The position numbers were made by a program, and so were the translations under genes. Shown here piece after piece: positions 20,301-28,047 of a DNA stretch of 64,000 nt (positions are counted from its first letter, which is position 1; each line of letters begins with the position of its first letter). The notes below the pieces were generated by a model. That model was given only the letters and a program-made list of their open reading frames with translations. It was not told the DNA's origin and ran no database searches. Origin of the DNA: Candidatus Atribacteria bacterium UBA6251 (GTDB lineage: Bacteria; Atribacterota; Phoenicimicrobiia; Phoenicimicrobiales; Phoenicimicrobiaceae); NCBI GenBank assembly GCA_002441285.1, contig DJVR01000045.1:1144-65143 (forward strand), in the 5' to 3' direction.

Positions 20301-21665
20301 ACCATCTACTACAATTATATTATTTTGCTCATTTTCCAAAGCAATAAGTATTCTCTTTTGAGGATTATTTAAAGAAAGGGGGATGGTGGATAATAAATTA
20401 TTTACTGATTTCCGAGGGTAATGTTTGTTGAATTCTTCATCTACTTTGTCAGTTGTATTTTTAACATTACCAGAAATATAATTTTTAATAAGGCCGAGAA
20501 ATTTATCACCTTTTCCTGCATCAAGATGGGTAATTAATTCTGAATAATCTAATAATTTGCGGTTTTCTTTCTGTACTACCTGCAGACCGATGCGAAAGCT
20601 TATATTTGGATAATTGGGTAACTGAAATGATTTAAAACAATATACCAATAAAAATTCATCAAATATATTGTAGGTATTCTGTAAATGGTTTTCTATACTT
20701 CCTAAATAATATTTGGCATCTATGAATCTGGCTGCACGAGGAGTAGTTAAAATATTTTCGAACTCAAAAGAATTAATAGCCGGGGTATTAATAATCACTA
20801 TATCGTGTTTACTTCTAATAATTAATTTGTCAGCCAATTCGTCAATTTCAATTTCTATGAGAAAAAGAGGATACTTATCAATTTTTTCTTTTTTTTCTTC
20901 TTTTTCTAAATATATTTCATGAAAAAAGATATAGGCATTTCCTATCCCAACAAAGGGAATATATTTTCTAATAGTGCCATATAGGTCGAATATAGTAAGG
21001 TCAAACGATGCATCTAATATCTGCTTTTTTATTTGGGAAAAATATTTTTCTACATTGTTTTCTTTCTGTGCTATTTTTTGTAAAGAATCAAATATTTCTT
21101 GCTCAATACTTTGAGGATTTAAAGTTGATAAGGGCTTGCTCTTGAATTTTAATTCTGTCTTTAATTTTTCTATCTTTTGTTTTTGCAATTTGTAGAGAAT
21201 TTCTTTGGCGGTATTTCTAAAGGCTAAGTTGAATTTTCGAGAGCCTTCTGAGAAGATCTGTTTTCGAAATTCCTTTTTTTGTTCTATGTTATCAACTACT
21301 TGATTCCCTTCTTCTCCTGATAATATAATTTTGTTTCCATATAATTTTAGTAACCTATCCTCAGATTGTTTAATGCAGCTTTTGAGATATTCTAAATTGT
21401 AATCAGATTCGAGTTTATCAATTAATTTTTGTTTAAACTCGTCTTCGCTTACACTAACTTTGTAATCTCCTCTTTTTATTTCAAAACTAAACTTTTCTCC
21501 TTTTTTAATAGAATCCAATATTTTTTTCTGAAAATCTGGAAAAACAGATAAATCTGAGGTTAAAGAATCATCAGTCCATTTATAGTCTATTTTCTTTTGA
21601 AAATTAAAGCGGGTTTCGGTATAAGTGGCGAAGTAATTTAAAATGCTCTTGGCAAATTTTTTCAT
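17349..21665 (-). CDS. SF1B (Upf1/DNA2-like, AAA_11/AAA_12) helicase fused to a C-terminal DUF559/Vsr-like endonuclease domain
   Basis: 1438 aa with Walker A VVDGPPGTGKSYTIAAI, Walker B LLVIDEASQV, GDEYQ, VQGEERDIVYYS and RLNVGFSRAKD. The C-terminus KYRVDFLIIF...LILEYDGIEYH...SYGYSFLRI is DUF559-like. The N-terminal ~440 aa are unassigned. Confidence 0.8.
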   Translation of the reverse strand: MKKFAKSILNYFATYTETRFNFQKKIDYKWTDDSLTSDLSVFPDFQKKILDSIKKGEKFSFEIKRGDYKVSVSEDEFKQKLIDKLESDYNLEYLKSCIKQSEDRLLKLYGNKIILSGEEGNQVVDNIEQKKEFRKQIFSEGSRKFNLAFRNTAKEILYKLQKQKIEKLKTELKFKSKPLSTLNPQSIEQEIFDSLQKIAQKENNVEKYFSQIKKQILDASFDLTIFDLYGTIRKYIPFVGIGNAYIFFHEIYLEKEEKKEKIDKYPLFLIEIEIDELADKLIIRSKHDIVIINTPAINSFEFENILTTPRAARFIDAKYYLGSIENHLQNTYNIFDEFLLVYCFKSFQLPNYPNISFRIGLQVVQKENRKLLDYSELITHLDAGKGDKFLGLIKNYISGNVKNTTDKVDEEFNKHYPRKSVNNLLSTIPLSLNNPQKRILIALENEQNNIIVVDGPPGTGKSYTIAAITYWANQKNKSIVVTSHKKAALDVIDRMMTDKFRALHPESKPSILRISRDDISINNFENTLSDPVISASNKRVNQFNEEAVEKDLANWHQIIEEQNNDFWANSENYQEYISKLLNFEQIEKELQEKSIIKENQSPHKLQKDENINFDLIRELIIKIKENDLSNLSLNQLNFLYQKSSLIVDWLTACQNIKNLPLKKTEVNNLKNYDFKNLDQFSELFSKIAENLKPDSLIFTDKEKLKYRSMFIKMKIKNNQEFHNNLNLLEKLEYDSILTNIFYLASKEKSTITIKELKSGISKLKDIKTYISNRKLLTPALQSLNLTKEDIKQLFHLLSKIKDLIDNLNSDTLSSLQILKKYFSSILSEVGIYFDDLQSLNELFSEKDIPNKVLNYIQLFTELNQKEVFNLPDQEVIKEYYQTLHKKLENINDQRIKNLNNFSTEKERIIVSMKAGKRLTPKELKVLLENISCIIAEPDLISKYFPMEEDSIDLLVIDEASQVSIAESISLLLRAKQMVVFGDEYQYGAVGAYNVSKRYSDQYFKEILDNYAKDYQIAFDEKEKEKITAEASLDVNPDEQFIEPIYKPEEGTKEWLKTFSIRTSTLNFAKALKNYSTSLDIHFRSFPEIIEYSNEYFYRPSQIPLIVNRIRTKPINEVLRFIKVDTKGNSGNNVNLDEIIAIKEDIQNIIANGFKGTIGIITSFREQKYRMEEILRKELPNYHRLSKKHKLVIWFVGDVQGEERDIVYYSLVEDKTIGNADLRTIYPVIEGRADSIRSLKMQRLNVGFSRAKDTMVIVHSMPLEEYSNTRMGDALKFYQEIQKSAIDNYITDETIFGSPAEKDLYNLLIQTDFYKTNRNKIKIIAQFPIGEYIQKTYNKYIPKYRVDFLIIFSHHGEEKSLILEYDGIEYHTKNPEIITKHNFSQEYLEYDIQRQLELESYGYSFLRINKFILLPQEKNQTKLDILNNLLVKKLSFKEN

Positions 21666-21754
21666 GATTATTAATTTATTCTCCTATTTTTATTAAATTT
21701 TATAATGTTACTTTTAATAATTTTGGTAATAAATAATGATATTATTATCTATTT

Positions 21755-23083
21755 CTAAAAATCCTCTAAGGATTTATTACTTTCATCAATTTTTTCTATT
21801 AAATCCTTCAGCTCTTTGCTTGTATATACTATGGACAGATTAATACTATCATCTTTCCCCCACAATACTAATTCTATCTCTGTATCAGCAGTCTCCCATC
21901 TTGAGATAACATTTAAATGCCCTAAACTAATAGCCAGTCCCCAATTTTTTGAATCATTCCTATAAAGATTGTTGTTCCAATTTTGCTGGTCTATAAGTGG
22001 AGTTCCATATTTTTTAGTTAAGTTTTCCTTCAAATTAGAATATTCCGAAATATAATCATTTTTGTTGCTAAGGGATTTATCAAAATAATAAAACCAATAC
22101 GCTGTTTGGGTAAGTTTTCCATTTGCAAATTCATATAAAATATAACATGGAATTCCATTAGCATACCCTTGAAAAATCAATATATTATCTTTGCTATAAT
22201 CCTTTAAAAATATACTTACATTTTCTTCACATTGTATTACCTCTGTTTGGTTCATTCCCCAGTTTGTTTTCCTAAAGTTATATTGTTTTGCTAATTCTAC
22301 ATCTGTCTTAGAAATTATTTGTGATTGACTTGCTTTACTAATAGTGCTCTCATTTTTTTCTTGTTTATCTTTTTCTTTTATTTTATCTATCAAGTAATTT
22401 ATATTTTCATTTTCTTTTCTTGCAGCTGTTTCCTTAATGATTTCTTTAGTCCCTTCACCAACATAGCTCATTTCCGGGAATTTTTTTAAAATACGTTTTA
22501 CTATTTCACTGCCATATTTTTCTATGTCAGATTTTCTGGTAGAGGTAAACCCTGCCCCTTCCCAAACTTTTTCACAAGACCTAGATAAATTTTCTAAAAA
22601 ACTGATATATACATAAGGATAGTAGCGATTTTTTGTTACCGTAATACTGGTCCAAGAGCCACTACCAAAAGTATAGACATTACCAGAAAAATGAGTCATT
22701 CCTATATGACCGGAATAGGTAGTGGTTTTATTATTCGACTGATATATTGGTATACTTTCAGTAGTTTTAGCAAATTCATTGCTGGAAAATAAAAAAATTA
22801 CCAAATCTGCTTCTAAAAAATTTTCCTTATATTTATATCCTTTTTCTTCTAATATTTGAATAATTTCTTTTTGCAGATGTTTATTAGGTAAATAATTGGG
22901 ATATAATTTGATCTTATCATCTTCATAAAAACCAAAGGACCTATATAAACTATAATTGGTAAATGGATTATCGTGAGTTTCGATATTGTAAAAAGTAAAC
23001 AATGAACAGTAACTTAGAGGGGTATAACTTATCAGTATCAAAAATATTAATATAATAAAGGTTAATAAATATTTTCTTTTCAT
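21755..23083 (-). CDS. hypothetical secreted protein or lipoprotein
   Basis: 442 aa with an N-terminal signal-like segment MKRKYLLTFIILIFLILISYTPLSYC. No family was recognised. Confidence 0.55.
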   Translation of the reverse strand: MKRKYLLTFIILIFLILISYTPLSYCSLFTFYNIETHDNPFTNYSLYRSFGFYEDDKIKLYPNYLPNKHLQKEIIQILEEKGYKYKENFLEADLVIFLFSSNEFAKTTESIPIYQSNNKTTTYSGHIGMTHFSGNVYTFGSGSWTSITVTKNRYYPYVYISFLENLSRSCEKVWEGAGFTSTRKSDIEKYGSEIVKRILKKFPEMSYVGEGTKEIIKETAARKENENINYLIDKIKEKDKQEKNESTISKASQSQIISKTDVELAKQYNFRKTNWGMNQTEVIQCEENVSIFLKDYSKDNILIFQGYANGIPCYILYEFANGKLTQTAYWFYYFDKSLSNKNDYISEYSNLKENLTKKYGTPLIDQQNWNNNLYRNDSKNWGLAISLGHLNVISRWETADTEIELVLWGKDDSINLSIVYTSKELKDLIEKIDESNKSLEDF

Positions 23084-23507
23084 AATATCTGAATCTCCTT
23101 AATAATATATTATTTTTTAGAGATTTTTAATTTGAGGTAGCAAATAACTGTGAGCAATAAAGGTAAATCATAACAGGATTGATGAGTTTGTACTCTACAT
23201 TTCCTTTCCCTCCACCATCATAACAAGGATACAGCAAGCTCTAACCTTCTTATTACAGGTGATAGACTAAATACAACAAAGAAATTATTATATTTAGTCC
23301 ATGGTAGTTTGACTACAGTATGTCAGCAATTGGTAAATAAAAATTAATTTTAGGAATTATAATTTCCGATTATTAATACGACAAAAGACTGGGGAAATCC
23401 TTTTTTTGAGAGAAAACTTATTAAAAAATAAGAAGCACCTTTATATATGCTCGGGTTTGCCAGCTATAGTTGTGCGAATTTTTTATTTGCTTGGTGTTAA
23501 CTAATAA

Positions 23508-23591
23508 GGTGCAAAATTTGCACCTGACTTAGTTCAAAATTTGGAGGGGGGTAGTTCAAATTTTGCACCAGGGGTAGTGCAAAATTTGAAC
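23508..23591. promoter_or_regulatory. array of four palindromic (G/T)TnCAAAATTTGnA(C) sites
   Basis: The sites are GGTGCAAAATTTGCACC (23508-23524), AGTTCAAAATTTGGA (23531-23545), AGTTCAAATTTTGCACC (23553-23569) and AGTGCAAAATTTGAAC (23576-23591). Centre-to-centre spacing is about 22-23 bp. Confidence 0.5.
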
Positions 23592-23651
23592 AATAACAAT
23601 AACCATATAAATAATACCAATATAACAACAACAAAAGAAGAGGTTGCTGTT

Positions 23652-23828
23652 ATGGTTAACTCTAAAAAATTAAAAGAAAAAGGCACTGAGAAGATAGTAG
23701 TCCTGAAGACTATAAGATCAATTCGGGAGAAAATAAGAAAAGCTAACAGAGAATCCACCTCTTCACAGAAAAATAATGAACCTAAACCAAACATTATTTT
23801 TGAAAAAGAAAAATTCAAGGTCCACTAA
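23652..23828 (+). CDS. possible small basic protein (58 aa)
   Basis: ATG at 23652 is preceded by GAAGAGG. The product MVNSKKLKEKGTEKIVVLKTIRSIREKIRKAN... is K/R-rich. The upstream part of the 95-aa track ORF is low-complexity sequence overlapping the palindrome array. Confidence 0.3.
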   Translation: MVNSKKLKEKGTEKIVVLKTIRSIREKIRKANRESTSSQKNNEPKPNIIFEKEKFKVH

Positions 23829-23848
23829 GAAATTCAAGGTCCACTAAG
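23811..23848. repeat. perfect 19-bp tandem duplication AAATTCAAGGTCCACTAAG x2
   Basis: 23811-23829 and 23830-23848 are identical. The first copy contains the stop codon of the small ORF. Confidence 0.9.
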
Positions 23849-23931
23849 TATCGATCATCATAAAAATCTTTAACTTAGTAAATCAACCCCTCCTGAACAA
23901 GATACCTATAATATTGTAATTTTATAAATTT

Positions 23932-25248
23932 TTAATTGCTTTTGGTAGACACAGAAAGTTCTTTAAGATAAAGATGAGGAAACTTATATTGTCCGTTAAT
24001 CCATCTTGCTTTATCTCCTATAGCAACTATATTTTTTAAATCGGTTAACGCATTCCCAGCAATCATTATATCTTTAATCCTTCCTACCACCTTGCCTTGC
24101 TCTATTTTAAATCCTAACTGTACACTGTTGGAAAAGGCTCCACTTAAGATATTTCCTTGCCCTAAACCCAGTACCTGATCGATAATAATACCCTCTCGAA
24201 TATCTTTAATCATTTCTGAGAAGGGTACTTTCCCTTCTTCCATAATTAAATTATTAATTTTAGGAGCAGGTTCACTTTCTATACCCGATCTTATTCCATT
24301 GCCAGTGCTTTCTACCCCCGCTAAACCGGCTGTTTGTAAATCATAGTAAAAGCTTTTTACTACTCCCTTCTCCACTAGAGGAAATCTCCTGGTCTCTATT
24401 CCTTCGTCATCAAAAGGCGCACTACCTAAGGCAAAATCTATGGTCCCATCATTATAAAGACTAAATAATTCACCCCATAGTTTATTACCTAGTTGATTGG
24501 TGAAAGGCGATATCTTCTGATAGACCATCTTTCCATTCAAACCACTAAGAATGGGCAAAATCAAGGTTATGACAGCTTTGGGAGTAAAAATAACCGGCAT
24601 TTTCCCACCCTTAATGGGAACAATCTTTTTGCTCCATTGTAGATTCTTAATTATTTCTGCTTTTAGCTCCTCAATATTCAGGTTATCATTGCCGAAAGAA
24701 ATGGAATCATATACCATCAGGATATCTTTGGTTTCAACTTTTTGGGCCATTATTGAACAGGAAAAGGTGGTCTTCTGATAAGTAAAATCTTCATCCTGGC
24801 TATTAACATACTCAATCTGACTATAATCCTGCAAAATATTTAAATCGATGCGTAGATGTGGATCAAAATCTCTAAATTGATCAATCAACTTCTCTCCTAT
24901 TCCCACCATTTCTTCTACACTTTTATTTTTAACTCTCTTATCGTAGATTTCTAACCTCTTTTTGGATTTTGTTTCCATTTTTGGAGGGAAATTAAAAGCG
25001 GATACTGCTCCATATTCTGAACTAGCTATAGCTTTTTCTAAAATTGAATCAAAATCTCCATTACCGGATAAAGAAGAAAAGCCTAATCTACCCTGGTGGA
25101 TTATTCTTAAAGCCAAACCTTCTTGTTCCGCAATATCAATAGATTTTAGTCTGTTTACTTCAAAATTAACTGGAATAGTTTTACTTTTTACCTTAAAAAG
25201 TTCGGCAGAATCTACTTTTTTTCTGGCTCTTTCCAATAATTTTTTCAT
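23932..25248 (-). CDS. pmbA: metalloprotease PmbA/TldE
   Basis: 438 aa with PmbA/TldD-family sequence, immediately downstream of tldD (1-bp gap). Confidence 0.8.
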   Translation of the reverse strand: MKKLLERARKKVDSAELFKVKSKTIPVNFEVNRLKSIDIAEQEGLALRIIHQGRLGFSSLSGNGDFDSILEKAIASSEYGAVSAFNFPPKMETKSKKRLEIYDKRVKNKSVEEMVGIGEKLIDQFRDFDPHLRIDLNILQDYSQIEYVNSQDEDFTYQKTTFSCSIMAQKVETKDILMVYDSISFGNDNLNIEELKAEIIKNLQWSKKIVPIKGGKMPVIFTPKAVITLILPILSGLNGKMVYQKISPFTNQLGNKLWGELFSLYNDGTIDFALGSAPFDDEGIETRRFPLVEKGVVKSFYYDLQTAGLAGVESTGNGIRSGIESEPAPKINNLIMEEGKVPFSEMIKDIREGIIIDQVLGLGQGNILSGAFSNSVQLGFKIEQGKVVGRIKDIMIAGNALTDLKNIVAIGDKARWINGQYKFPHLYLKELSVSTKSN

Positions 25249-25249
25249 T

Positions 25250-26620
25250 TTATTTTCCTCCTACGACTACCTTCTTGATTCTAAGATGAGGGCTACCAAA
25301 AGATACTGGCAAAGGACTTTGTCCATCTTTCCCACATCCACCACCAGATTCAATTATCTTTAAATCATTACCTATGCCTTCAATATTAAGCAAGGTAGTA
25401 AATAGATTTCCACTTAATACCACATCCCTTATCGGTTCAGCTATCTTTCCATTTCTGATCATATAACCTTCTCCCGCACTAAAGGTAAAATTCTCAAAGG
25501 TGGTCATTCCACCATAACAATCACAAGCATAGATACCCTTGCTGATACCAGATAATAAATCTTCAAACGAATTTTTTCCTGCTTCAATATAGGTATTGGT
25601 CATTCGCACAATCGGTTTATAGTGATAATTAAGGGCTCGCGCATTTCCGGTAGGCATCTCTCCCATTTTTGCCGCAGTTTCTCGAGAGTGAAGTCTTCCT
25701 ACCAGAATTCCATCTTTGATTAGATAATTCTTCCTGGTTTTTACTCCTTCATCATCATATTTTGCTGAGCCTAAAAGATGAGGAATAGAACCATCGTCAA
25801 CTACATTAAGCCCTGAATTTCCAAACTTTTCTCCTAATTTCATCATTTTTCTCATTCTTTCATCTTCATACAGAAAGTCGGCTTCGCTAAGATGACCAAA
25901 GGCTTCATGGATGAATACACCCCCTAATCTCTGATCTACTACCACAGTGTATTCGCCCCCTTCTACTGGTTCTGCTTTTAGAAGGTTTACTGCTCGTTGA
26001 GCTGCTTTCTGAGCTTGAGAAGAAAGATTCTCTGCCCTTTGAAAACCTTTAGTCGAACCTATACTTTCATTAGCCATCTGCACATTATCTCCATCCCGAG
26101 CAATAGCAGTAAAACTGATACTTATGAAGGGTTTTTCTTGTTCAAGGTAGGTTCCTTCAGAATTGGCATAATAAATAGTAGAAAATCTATCCGCATAATT
26201 TACCCTGGAAGATTGAATAGTTGGATGATAACTCATAATCAGATCATTATAATTCTGCATTAATTCTTTTTTTACCCGTAAGTCTATTTTTCTAAAATCA
26301 CCTTCTAGCTCTTGCTTGATTATTTCTACTGCTACGGTAGTACTGGCTAATTCGCTCTTCCCTTTCCCAATTAAACTGGCTATCTGGATAGCTTCCTGGA
26401 TCTTTTCTTCCAGATTGTCTAACTGGTTAAAACTAATAAAGCCCCATCCTCCTTTGACCAGAGCACGAACATTTCCTCCTATCTGTTGAGAAGAACTAAT
26501 CTTTTCCAGTTTATGTCCCTGAAACTGAATAGCAGTATTCTCAGTTTTTTCTATTCTTATTTCTAAAAAATCTGCTTTGTTTTGATGTTTGGTTAAAGCA
26601 CGAGATAAAATTTCTCTCAT
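25250..26620 (-). CDS. tldD: metalloprotease TldD
   Basis: 456 aa with the HEAFGH zinc motif and TldD-like sequence throughout. Confidence 0.85.
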   Translation of the reverse strand: MREILSRALTKHQNKADFLEIRIEKTENTAIQFQGHKLEKISSSQQIGGNVRALVKGGWGFISFNQLDNLEEKIQEAIQIASLIGKGKSELASTTVAVEIIKQELEGDFRKIDLRVKKELMQNYNDLIMSYHPTIQSSRVNYADRFSTIYYANSEGTYLEQEKPFISISFTAIARDGDNVQMANESIGSTKGFQRAENLSSQAQKAAQRAVNLLKAEPVEGGEYTVVVDQRLGGVFIHEAFGHLSEADFLYEDERMRKMMKLGEKFGNSGLNVVDDGSIPHLLGSAKYDDEGVKTRKNYLIKDGILVGRLHSRETAAKMGEMPTGNARALNYHYKPIVRMTNTYIEAGKNSFEDLLSGISKGIYACDCYGGMTTFENFTFSAGEGYMIRNGKIAEPIRDVVLSGNLFTTLLNIEGIGNDLKIIESGGGCGKDGQSPLPVSFGSPHLRIKKVVVGGK

Positions 26621-26661
26621 TATTTTTTCTCCTTACCCTTATAGACTATTATTCTAATTCT

Positions 26662-26709
26662 TCTAATTTTCTGATCCTCTAATTTTCTGATCCTCTAATT
26701 TTCTGATCC
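26662..26709. repeat. 16-bp tandem repeat TCTAATTTTCTGATCC x3
   Basis: Three perfect copies (26662-26677, 26678-26693, 26694-26709) lie in the yhaM-tldD intergenic region, 42-89 bp upstream of the tldD start. Confidence 0.9.
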
Positions 26710-26750
26710 TCTGAATGTTTAAACAAGATATTTACCTTTAAAAATTAAAT

Positions 26751-27749
26751 TTATCCTTCCTCTTCCTCTTTATTTAAGCTATTCCGAAATATTATTTCCT
26801 CTTCCAGATAAACTGGACGCTCTAACCACCAGATCCATTTGCTCCATTTTTCTTGCAAATCCTTATTTTCTTCTTTGATATTAAGAAAACCACTAATTTT
26901 AGCTTCCATTTCATCAGCATAATGTAAGGCAATAGCAGCTAAAATGCTGGGTAATTTGGGTGAACCAAATTCCAGATGTCCATGATGACTTAAAATAGTA
27001 TGCTTTAACATTAACTCCAAATCTGGGGGAAATTCGGGTAGACTTTTAATCTTTTCGGAAATTATTTCTAATCCCAAGGTAATATGACCTAATAATTTAC
27101 CTTCATCGGTGTGGTCAATGACCTGTTCATAGGAATATTCTTTAATTTTACCTATATCGTGGATTATGGCGGAAGTTATTAAAAAATCCTTTTCAATCTC
27201 TGGGTAAATCCCCGTTATTGCTTCACAAATAGTGACTACCTTCAGGGTATGTTCCAGTAAGCCACTTAAATAAGGTTGGTGCACTTTAGTAGCTGCTGGA
27301 GCTTTTTTAAATTTATCCACAAAATCAGCATCCTCAAAAAAGCTTTCTAAAAGCATTTTCAGATAACGGTTCTTGACGGAAGCAATCTTTTCTCTCAAAA
27401 CTTGCATCATTTTGTTTGGATCTTCTTTAGAGCGGGGCATATAATCAGAATAATCCAGGGGAGTAGCCTTTATTAGAGAGGAAATAGTAGCCTGCAGACT
27501 CCCATCTTCTTTTTGTTTGGTTACATATCCCTTTACTTGGGCAAATTTAATCTTTCTAAATTCTTCCAACTTATCTCTGGGAACATCCCAGATTATAGCC
27601 TCCATCTCTCCGCTACAATCCGCCAGCTTAAAAAATAGATCAATAGTCTTTTGATCTCGTCTTACTTTAAATTCTTTTTCTTTTAAAAAAAATATATCTT
27701 CTATGGGAGAATTTAAACTTAAATCTATTATTTTTTGTTTCTTACCCAA
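26751..27749 (-). CDS. yhaM: OB-fold plus HD-domain 3'-5' exoribonuclease YhaM family
   Basis: 332 aa with an N-terminal OB-like region and an HD domain (AIIHDIGK, LSHHG). Confidence 0.65.
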   Translation of the reverse strand: MGKKQKIIDLSLNSPIEDIFFLKEKEFKVRRDQKTIDLFFKLADCSGEMEAIIWDVPRDKLEEFRKIKFAQVKGYVTKQKEDGSLQATISSLIKATPLDYSDYMPRSKEDPNKMMQVLREKIASVKNRYLKMLLESFFEDADFVDKFKKAPAATKVHQPYLSGLLEHTLKVVTICEAITGIYPEIEKDFLITSAIIHDIGKIKEYSYEQVIDHTDEGKLLGHITLGLEIISEKIKSLPEFPPDLELMLKHTILSHHGHLEFGSPKLPSILAAIALHYADEMEAKISGFLNIKEENKDLQEKWSKWIWWLERPVYLEEEIIFRNSLNKEEEEG

Positions 27750-27877
27750 AATTAATTCACCACCTTTAAAAATCTTTCAGGAAAATGGGGACAGGCTGTT
27801 GCTATTTTCTAAATTTACCTCTGCCCTCCTTCCCTTTTTACCTCGATTTATATTATCATTGATACTGGATATAATAC

Positions 27878-27906
27878 TTGACAATAATCTTAATTTTCTT
27901 TATGCT
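27878..27906 (+). promoter_or_regulatory. putative sigma-70-type promoter for tRNA-Leu
   Basis: TTGACA (27878-27883), a 17-nt spacer, then TATGCT (27901-27906), about 55 nt upstream of the tRNA. Confidence 0.35.
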
Positions 27907-27961
27907 ATTCTCAGTAAAACTCAGGTAATTATCTACCTATTTTAATTAACCTTTAATACTA

Positions 27962-28047
27962 GCCGAAGTGGCGGAATCGGTAGACGCGCTACGTTCAGGG
28001 CGTAGTAGGTGTATGCCTGTGGGGGTTCAAATCCCCCCTTCGGCACC
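27962..28047 (+). tRNA. tRNA-Leu (anticodon CAG)
   Basis: Acceptor GCCGAAG/CTTCGGC; anticodon stem-loop CTACG-TTCAGGG-CGTAG; long variable arm; T-arm GGGGGTTCAAATCCCCC. Confidence 0.9.

Noticed and set aside
23534-23818. 94-aa minus-strand ORF mirrored by a 95-aa plus-strand ORF over the same stretch
   Set aside because: Both are low-complexity translations of an AT-rich region full of palindromic sites. I keep only the 3' part of the plus-strand frame (ATG 23652 with an RBS), and only as a weak candidate.
4200-23900. Prophage interpretation of island 1
   Set aside because: I recognised no capsid, terminase, portal, tail or lysis genes. The content is nucleases, R-M genes, a transposase and pseudogenes, which fits a defence island rather than a prophage.
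26662-26709. Possible CRISPR array (also considered for 42299-42347 and 43711-43738)
   Set aside because: The units are 7-16 bp and directly abutting, with no spacers, and no cas genes are in the window. These are simple tandem repeats.
27703-27945. 80-aa plus-strand ORF upstream of tRNA-Leu
   Set aside because: It overlaps the yhaM start in antisense, and the intergenic promoter region of the tRNA covers the rest. There is no coding signature.
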